A program made the translations under genes and the position numbers. Of a stretch of DNA of 11,496 bases, positions 6,108-11,496 are shown in pieces. Every line of letters starts with the position of its first letter. The stretch's first letter is position 1. The notes beneath the pieces were generated by a model, which saw only the letters and a program-made list of their open reading frames with translations, did not search any database and was not told the origin of the DNA. The stretch is from Breznakia sp. PF5-3 (GTDB lineage Bacteria > Bacillota_I > Bacilli_A > Erysipelotrichales > Erysipelotrichaceae), in contig NZ_JAQFIQ010000059.1 in assembly GCF_029504745.1 (NCBI RefSeq), positions 1 through 11,496 on the forward strand, given 5' to 3'.

Positions 6108-7327
6108 AAAAGGTAGAATTATTAGCTCCTGCTGGGGATTTAGAAAGATTAAAGACAGCTATTCGTTATGGTGCTGATGCGGTATATATAGGAGGAAAGA
6201 AATTTTCACTTCGCTCTCGTGCTTCTAACTTTGATATTCCAGATATCGAAGCAGGGGTGGAATTTGCTAAAGAATATGGAGCACATGTGCATGTGACAGT
6301 GAATATGATACCTCATGAAGAAGATTTAGATGGATTACGTGAATATTTATTGGAGTTAGAACGTATTGGCGTTACAGCAATTATCGTAGCTAGTTTAAGT
6401 ATTATGAACTTAGCTAAAGAGGTGGCACCTAAATTGGAAGTCCATGTATCTACTCAACATTCTTCAACCAATAGTAGTGTTATAAAATTTTATGAATCGT
6501 TAGGTATGAATCGGGTAGTTTTGGCTCGTGAATGTACGCTTGAGGATATTAAGGCAACAATGGAGCAAGCCAATCTTCCTGTAGAAGCTTTTATTCATGG
6601 AGGAATGTGTGTTTCTTATTCAGGACGTTGTACACTTAGTAATAATATGACTGATCGTGATGCGAATCGTGGTGGATGTGCACAGAGTTGTCGATGGAAA
6701 TATCGCTTGTTTAAAGATGATCAACCACTTCATGATGAAGAGAAGCTCTTTTCGATGAGTAGCAAGGATTTATGTGCAATAGAATATGTACCTGCTTTGA
6801 TTGATGCTGGGGTTTCTAGTTTTAAAATTGAAGGAAGAATGAAATCGCAATATTATTTAGCAACGATTGTTCGTACATACCGCATGTTGATTGATGAATA
6901 TTATGCTAAGGGAGAAGTATCACCTGCACGGATTGCATTTTATCGTGATGAATTATCAAAAGCTGAAAATCGCAGAACAGCAAATGGATTTTATGCAGGG
7001 CACCCCAAAATGCAAGATCATCTATATGGAATTAATGGTTCAGGGGTTTCACAAGAATTTATAGCTTATGTTTTGGACTATGATGAAGCAACAAAGATTG
7101 CAAAATTGGAAGTTCGTAATAATTTCGCAAAAGGAATTCAAGCAGAAGCATTTGGACCAGATACAAAGAATACGAACTTCATTGTGGATATGTTATATAA
7201 TGAAGATGGAGAAATTGTTGAAGTTGCAAGAAATCCAATGGATATTTTATATACGAAAATTGATATAAAGATTAAAAAACATGATATGATTAGAAAGATT
7301 ATAGATAAACGTGAAAAGATATATTAG
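6104..7327 (+). CDS. Peptidase U32 family protein, large paralog (B. subtilis YrrO / E. coli YegQ-like)
   Basis: 407 aa. It has the classic U32 N-terminus MKKVELLAPAGDLERLKTAIRYGADAVYIGG and the family signature EAFIHGGMCVSYSGRCTLS. Four Cys are spaced CX6CX15CX3C (C169, C176, C192, C196). Confidence 0.92.
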   Translation: MKKVELLAPAGDLERLKTAIRYGADAVYIGGKKFSLRSRASNFDIPDIEAGVEFAKEYGAHVHVTVNMIPHEEDLDGLREYLLELERIGVTAIIVASLSIMNLAKEVAPKLEVHVSTQHSSTNSSVIKFYESLGMNRVVLARECTLEDIKATMEQANLPVEAFIHGGMCVSYSGRCTLSNNMTDRDANRGGCAQSCRWKYRLFKDDQPLHDEEKLFSMSSKDLCAIEYVPALIDAGVSSFKIEGRMKSQYYLATIVRTYRMLIDEYYAKGEVSPARIAFYRDELSKAENRRTANGFYAGHPKMQDHLYGINGSGVSQEFIAYVLDYDEATKIAKLEVRNNFAKGIQAEAFGPDTKNTNFIVDMLYNEDGEIVEVARNPMDILYTKIDIKIKKHDMIRKIIDKREKIY

Positions 7328-7337
7328 GAGGTAACAT

Positions 7338-9032
7338 ATGAAACTTAAAAATAGTTTCTTTTATACAATCAGAGAAGATGCAAAAGATGAAGAAAGTGTA
7401 AGTGGTAATTTATTAGTACGAGCTGGAATGATTAAAAAGAGTAGTGCAGGTATTTATATTACGATGCCAATGGGAAAACGAGTAATTTCAAAGATTGAAA
7501 ATATTGTTCGTGAAGAAATGAATGCAACAGGAGCACAAGAGCTTCATATGCCAGCTCTTATTTTAGAAGAAGTCTATGAGAACAGTGGTAGACGTGAGGC
7601 ATTTGGGTCTAATATGTTTTCATTAAATGATCGCTATAATAAGAAGTATGTGCTAGGTCCAACCCATGAAGAATTATTTGCGGCAGCGGGAATGATGCAT
7701 GGGAAGTCATATAAAGATTTTCCTTACAATCTATATCAGATTCAAACGAAATATCGTGATGAAACAAGACCACGATATGGATTGATTAGAACACGTGAAT
7801 TTACGATGAAAGATGCATATTCTTATGATTTAGATTTAGATGGATTACATACATCTTATATGAAGATGTATAATGCATATAAAAATAGTTTTGATCGAAT
7901 GCATTTAGATTATAAAATTGTGAAAGCAGATACTGGTGCAATGGGTGGACTGTTAAGTGAAGAGTTCCAAGCAATCTGTGATATTGGTGAAGACGTAGTG
8001 GTTTTATGTGACCATTGTGATTTCTCTAGTAATTTAGAGATTACAGAAGTGGTACTTCAAAATGAACCATCACAGGAAGTAGAAAAAGAAATAGAAATTG
8101 TAGAGACACCAAATGCGAAAACGATTGAAGAAGTGGCAGCCTTTTTCGGGAAACCAAGTGAAGCATTTGTGAAGACATTAATTTATAAAGTAGATGGTGA
8201 GCTTTATGCATTTTTATTAAAAGGTTCACGTGAATTAAATGAAACAAAAGTATTAAAACTGCTAGAGGCGAATGAAATGGAACTTGCATCCTTTGATGAA
8301 GTGAGTGAAATCACTGGCGCAAAAGTAGGGTTTGCAGGTCCTGTAGGATTAAATATAAAGATTATTATGGATAATGAAGTTGCTCAAATGAAGAATTTTA
8401 TTACTGGAGCAAACAAAAGTGATCATCACTATAAGAATGTAAACTTAAAGGACTTTGATCCTTATAAAGTAGCAGACATCGTTAGCGTACAAGAAGGCGA
8501 TGTTTGTCCAACTTGTGGAGGCAAGTTAAAATTTGCAAGAGGTATTGAAGTTGGAAATACATTTAAATTAGGAACAAAATATGCAGAAAGTATGGATTTT
8601 AAATATTTAGATAATGAAAATAAGCTTAAGCCTGTAGTTATGGGTTCTTATGGTATTGGGATCGAGAGATGTATGGCAGCAATTGTTGAACAATATCACG
8701 ATGAAAATGGAATTGTTTGGCCAATGAGTGTTGCTCCATACCAAGTAGAAATTGTTTTGGTAAATGTAAAAGATGAGATACAGACACAATTAGCAAATAA
8801 GCTTTATGATGACTTTACTGCAGCAGGTATTGAAGTTTTACTTGATGATCGTGATGAGCGAGCAGGAGTGAAATTCAAAGACAGTGAACTGATTGGAATA
8901 CCATTGAGAATCACAGTTGGAAAGCGTGCTAACGAAAACATTGTTGAAGTTAAAGAGCGAATAAGTGAAAAAGAAGAAATCGCAGTGGATGATTTATTGT
9001 CATATATAAATAAGAAAATAATGGATGCATAA
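7338..9032 (+). CDS. proS: Prolyl-tRNA synthetase, bacterial type with inserted editing (INS) domain
   Basis: 564 aa. Class II motif 2 is YRDETRPRYGLIRTREFTMKDAYS and motif 3 is GSYGIGIERCMAAIVEQ. The N-terminus FYTIREDAKDEESVSGNLLVRAGMIKK is typical of ProRS, and a ~170-aa insertion lies between motifs 2 and 3. SD AGGAGG at 7326-7331. Confidence 0.97.
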   Translation: MKLKNSFFYTIREDAKDEESVSGNLLVRAGMIKKSSAGIYITMPMGKRVISKIENIVREEMNATGAQELHMPALILEEVYENSGRREAFGSNMFSLNDRYNKKYVLGPTHEELFAAAGMMHGKSYKDFPYNLYQIQTKYRDETRPRYGLIRTREFTMKDAYSYDLDLDGLHTSYMKMYNAYKNSFDRMHLDYKIVKADTGAMGGLLSEEFQAICDIGEDVVVLCDHCDFSSNLEITEVVLQNEPSQEVEKEIEIVETPNAKTIEEVAAFFGKPSEAFVKTLIYKVDGELYAFLLKGSRELNETKVLKLLEANEMELASFDEVSEITGAKVGFAGPVGLNIKIIMDNEVAQMKNFITGANKSDHHYKNVNLKDFDPYKVADIVSVQEGDVCPTCGGKLKFARGIEVGNTFKLGTKYAESMDFKYLDNENKLKPVVMGSYGIGIERCMAAIVEQYHDENGIVWPMSVAPYQVEIVLVNVKDEIQTQLANKLYDDFTAAGIEVLLDDRDERAGVKFKDSELIGIPLRITVGKRANENIVEVKERISEKEEIAVDDLLSYINKKIMDA

Positions 9033-9057
9033 AAACTTGTAAATATACAAGTTTTTA
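9033..9057 (+). terminator. Rho-independent terminator of the U32-U32-proS operon
   Basis: Stem ACTTGTA (9035-9041) / TACAAGT (9046-9052), extendable by A:T pairs, with loop AATA and then a T-run (9052-9056). It starts directly after the proS stop codon. Confidence 0.8.
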
Positions 9058-9272
9058 TTTGCTCTATAGAATATTTGAATAAGATGTAAACGGATACAAA
9101 ATGAATAAATAAAGATATTTAAATAATAATAAATATATGATAAACAAAGGGTTATATTCAAAAATGTAAATTGTTTCATAAAGATTTAAGAAAAAATTTT
9201 CAATTAATTCTTTTTTTAATTCTGCTTTTGTAGTACAATAATCGTAATGATTTTTTAAGAGGAGGTACATAA

Positions 9273-10967
9273 ATGAAAGAAAAGTTATATTTGCAAGATA
9301 ATGTCGCTATCATGAATTTTGATTTAGCTTATCCTTCCAACATGGAAGAATTGGTTGGTTCTAAGACATTAGGTACATTTGTGGTTAAATATTTAAAATA
9401 TTTGGAAGCAAGAGATCCTGAATTATATAGTTGGATTACAAATGGATATAGTGTTAATGAAACATGTAAATCTTTGTCAAAAGTATTTAGACAGTTAATG
9501 GTAATGTCACCAGATGAAATTGATGATTATTATTTAACAGATAGCAAAAAATTGTTGGAGTTTGTTGAGGGGATTTATAATTATTGGAAATCTCATCAAA
9601 GATTCTCAATTACAAGACAACGGTACAGTGGAAAAAATGCAACTCCTTTTGTAATGGCCGATTCGACTTTTAATACGACACTTCGTAGTGCGTATCGTAG
9701 ACTTGAGCAAAAACTACAAGGAAGAAAGAATGGTGTTTTCCGTCAGTTGCAAGCAGGTACAAATGCAGCAATTTCAGCATATCGACCAAGAAATTTTCCT
9801 TTATCTGAGAAATATGAAAAATTATCTGGAATTTCAATGATTGAATCAGTAATGCTTAGAACACCAATGATTTTATCAACAAAGTCTAACAAACGTACAG
9901 GTATGTTTGAAGAAACAAAGAAAAATCCAATTGAATATTTTACAGGAGATAAAGACACTTGGTTCTGTTATCCAGCAAAAGTAGGTAATTTATTGATTAA
10001 CATTTATTTCCACCGTGATTTTATGTGTAGTGGTGTTTCATTAGCAAACTTATTTGAATTAGCCTCTGCTGAGGAATGTTGTGAAAAACCAGATGCAATC
10101 GTTTTGTTTGCAAATGAAGATAATAAAGATGAAACGGTTTTCTATTATGATGAAGAAGAAGAAATTTATGTAGGAAGTATTTCTTATAATGAAAAAGTTG
10201 AATATTTTGGATATATGAAAAAGATGACTTTAACACTTCATAATCTTGCGATGATGAGACGTGGATGGTTACCAATTCATGGTGCGTTTATCAACATCAC
10301 ATTATATGATGGAAAACGTAAAGGAATCATGTTAATGGGTGATTCTGGAGCTGGGAAATCAGAATCAATTGAAGCATTAAAGGCTTTAGGTAATGATGTA
10401 ATTAAAGATATTGAGGTTGTGTTTGATGATATGGGAACAATTCATATTGAAGATGGTGTTCCATATGGACAAGGTACGGAAATAGGGGCATTTATTCGTT
10501 TAGATGATTTAGATCCAGGAACTCCTTATCGTGATATGGACCGTTCTATCTTCTTTAATCCAGATGTATTAAATGCAAGGGTAATAACACCGGCAGCGCC
10601 ATATAGTGTAATTTCAAAAAATCATGAAATTGATTTATTCTGTTATGCTAATAATTATGATAAAGATTTGGGAATGCGCAAAATTGATGATATGGAAGAA
10701 GCAAAACCAATTTTTGTTGAAGGAAAACGTATGGCAAAAGGAACAACTCAAGAAGTTGGTTTATCAACAACATATTTTGCTAATCCATTTGGACCAATGC
10801 AGGAACAAGATGTTTGTGATCCAATCATTAATGAAGTATTTGATTGTTTAAAAGCTAATGGAATCTATATTGGTGAGATTTTCACACATTTAGGTCTTGA
10901 CCGTAATGACCGTGATGGAATCAATGTAGCAGCTCAAAAACTGTTAGAATTTATTCAAGAAGGATAA
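9273..10967 (+). CDS. Uncharacterised protein with a C-terminal HPr kinase/phosphorylase-like (PEPCK-fold) P-loop domain
   Basis: 564 aa, SD GGAGG (9261-9265). aa 333-410 are LPIHGAFINITLYDGKRKGIMLMGDSGAGKSESIEALKALGNDVIKDIEVVFDDMGTIHIEDG...GTEIGAFIRL. These parallel the HprK C-terminal domain pattern HG-x(n)-G-x-SG-x-GKSE-x(n)-DD-x(n)-EIRG. The N-terminal ~320 aa have no motif I recognise. The gene has its own terminator and a 215-bp upstream spacer, so it is monocistronic. Confidence 0.8.
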   Translation: MKEKLYLQDNVAIMNFDLAYPSNMEELVGSKTLGTFVVKYLKYLEARDPELYSWITNGYSVNETCKSLSKVFRQLMVMSPDEIDDYYLTDSKKLLEFVEGIYNYWKSHQRFSITRQRYSGKNATPFVMADSTFNTTLRSAYRRLEQKLQGRKNGVFRQLQAGTNAAISAYRPRNFPLSEKYEKLSGISMIESVMLRTPMILSTKSNKRTGMFEETKKNPIEYFTGDKDTWFCYPAKVGNLLINIYFHRDFMCSGVSLANLFELASAEECCEKPDAIVLFANEDNKDETVFYYDEEEEIYVGSISYNEKVEYFGYMKKMTLTLHNLAMMRRGWLPIHGAFINITLYDGKRKGIMLMGDSGAGKSESIEALKALGNDVIKDIEVVFDDMGTIHIEDGVPYGQGTEIGAFIRLDDLDPGTPYRDMDRSIFFNPDVLNARVITPAAPYSVISKNHEIDLFCYANNYDKDLGMRKIDDMEEAKPIFVEGKRMAKGTTQEVGLSTTYFANPFGPMQEQDVCDPIINEVFDCLKANGIYIGEIFTHLGLDRNDRDGINVAAQKLLEFIQEG

Positions 10968-10991
10968 GCGTTCATTTTGAACGCTTTTTTA
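10967..10991 (+). terminator. Rho-independent terminator of the HprK-like gene
   Basis: Stem AGCGTTC (10967-10973) / GAACGCT (10979-10985), 5-nt loop, then TTTTTTATTTT. It overlaps the stop codon. Confidence 0.85.
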
Positions 10992-11000
10992 TTTTGTATT

Positions 11001-11039
11001 AAAAAAACATCCTCAAGGTAATGTTTTCTTGCGAGGATG
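11001..11039 (-). terminator. Rho-independent terminator of the small membrane protein gene, overlapping its last codons
   Basis: Minus strand: CATCCTC (11039-11033) ... GAGGATG (11014-11008), with an extra AAG/CTT pairing, followed by T7 (11007-11001). The stop codon at 11015-11013 lies inside the 3' arm. Confidence 0.7.
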
Positions 11040-11318
11040 TTTAATTATTATTAAGATACATGCGGAAACAAGCCAAAATACTACAATATAAGGAATGAAA
11101 AATAAAAGGTATAAAAAAGCCATACCTACGAGTGTTAATAAAAAACCCGTGAGAATATTTAGCTCAACATTTTTAAAAAGTTGCATCGTAATAGGCATTA
11201 AGATATCATCTAAAATCCATGGTGTTAGGGATTCCCAGAAAAGTTGATAATAAAGAAAAGCACCAACTATAAATAGTATTATAGCAATCCCAATGATATG
11301 TTGTAATTTAAGTTTCAT
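11013..11318 (-). CDS. Small multi-pass membrane protein of unknown function
   Basis: 101 aa with three hydrophobic helices (IIGIAIILFIVGAFLYY, ILTGFLLTLVGMAFLYLLFF, IVVFWLVSACILIII). SD AAGGGG lies 6 nt upstream of the ATG, and the C-terminal tail is basic. Confidence 0.7.
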   Translation of the reverse strand: MKLKLQHIIGIAIILFIVGAFLYYQLFWESLTPWILDDILMPITMQLFKNVELNILTGFLLTLVGMAFLYLLFFIPYIVVFWLVSACILIIIKHPRKKTLP

Positions 11319-11347
11319 ACGCGCCCCTTTTTATGCTTATCTATATA

Positions 11348-11356
11348 AGTATATCA
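11348..11356 (-). promoter_or_regulatory. Candidate extended -10 promoter element for the small membrane protein gene
   Basis: Minus strand reads TGATATACT (TG-n-TATACT), 30 nt upstream of the ATG at 11318. The -35 (TTAATT) is poor. Confidence 0.3.
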
Positions 11357-11388
11357 CATACAGTAAGATAAATTAATGGTTCATCAAG

Positions 11389-11496
11389 TTATATATTATT
11401 GCGTAAATTGAAAAAGTAAATTCCAGTTAAAAGAAAAGAAATGGAAGTAAGACAGAGAAACAACATCCAGTTCTTTTTATTATGTCGACTTCCAGT
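11389..11496 (-). CDS. Partial (5'-truncated by window edge) or very short hydrophobic ORF
   Basis: The minus-strand frame is open from the window edge and reads ...TGSRHNKKNWMLFLCLTSISFLLTGIYFFNLRNNI, with stop TAA at 11391-11389. It has one TM-like helix after a basic patch. It is too short and too incomplete to be sure it is coding. Confidence 0.3.
   Translation of the reverse strand, partial: TGSRHNKKNWMLFLCLTSISFLLTGIYFFNLRNNI

Noticed and set aside
7068-7268. 66-aa off-frame + ORF inside the large U32 gene
   Set aside because: It is nested in a conserved-family CDS, and its Lys/Gln-rich sequence looks like an off-frame artefact.
8041-8789. Antisense ORFs (82 and 60 aa) opposite proS
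   Set aside because: They are shadow ORFs within an unambiguous aminoacyl-tRNA synthetase gene.
9064-9270. 68-aa minus-strand ORF filling the intergenic spacer upstream of the HprK-like gene
   Set aside because: It is an extremely AT-rich, Tyr/Leu/Phe/Ile-dominated translation with no SD, and it would run head-on into the proS terminator. It is most likely a chance open frame. I also looked here for a riboswitch-like structure or a clear -35/-10 pair and found only an 8-bp A/T inverted repeat (9076-9083 / 9155-9162) and an isolated TACAAT (9234-9239).
9743-10851. Three nested or antisense ORFs (71, 84 and 75 aa) within the HprK-like gene
   Set aside because: All lie inside a 564-aa ORF that has a strong SD, a terminator and a recognisable P-loop domain. 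None has start-site signals.
7338-10967. ProRS and the HprK-like protein are both exactly 564 aa (1695 nt)
   Set aside because: The two proteins share no sequence similarity, so this is coincidence and not a duplication.
1-11496. Scan for CRISPR repeats, tRNA/rRNA genes, transposase/integrase genes, toxin-antitoxin pairs and known defence-system hallmarks
   Set aside because: I saw no regularly spaced direct repeats, no cloverleaf-capable GC-rich segments other than the intron DV/DVI hairpins, and no ORFs with nuclease, recombinase or reverse transcriptase motifs in this window.

Overview
AT-rich, Firmicutes-like chromosomal window (strong GGAGG-type Shine-Dalgarno sites, short hairpin plus T-run terminators). 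Left to right: (1) the 3' end (domains V and VI) of a group II intron, cut by the window edge. (2) An accessory-looking cell-envelope locus at about 200-5120. It holds an ECF sigma factor fused in one polypeptide to a hydrophobic segment and a ~175-aa C-terminal domain, then a 691-aa secreted von Willebrand factor A (VWA) surface protein with a large insertion and an atypical C-terminal sorting signal. A conventional ECF sigma / anti-sigma pair converges on these from the opposite strand. (3) A housekeeping operon: two peptidase-U32-family proteins (small plus large, like B. subtilis yrrN/yrrO) and prolyl-tRNA synthetase. (4) A monocistronic 564-aa protein whose C-terminal third resembles the HPr kinase/phosphorylase P-loop domain and whose N-terminal ~320 aa I cannot assign. 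(5) One complete small multi-pass membrane protein and one partial hydrophobic ORF on the minus strand. I saw no rRNA, tRNA, CRISPR array, transposase or integrase. The best candidates for something undescribed are the fused sigma / VWA-adhesin module and the orphan HprK-like protein. Both calls rest on motif recognition by eye and need HMM and structure searches. The rest is ordinary.
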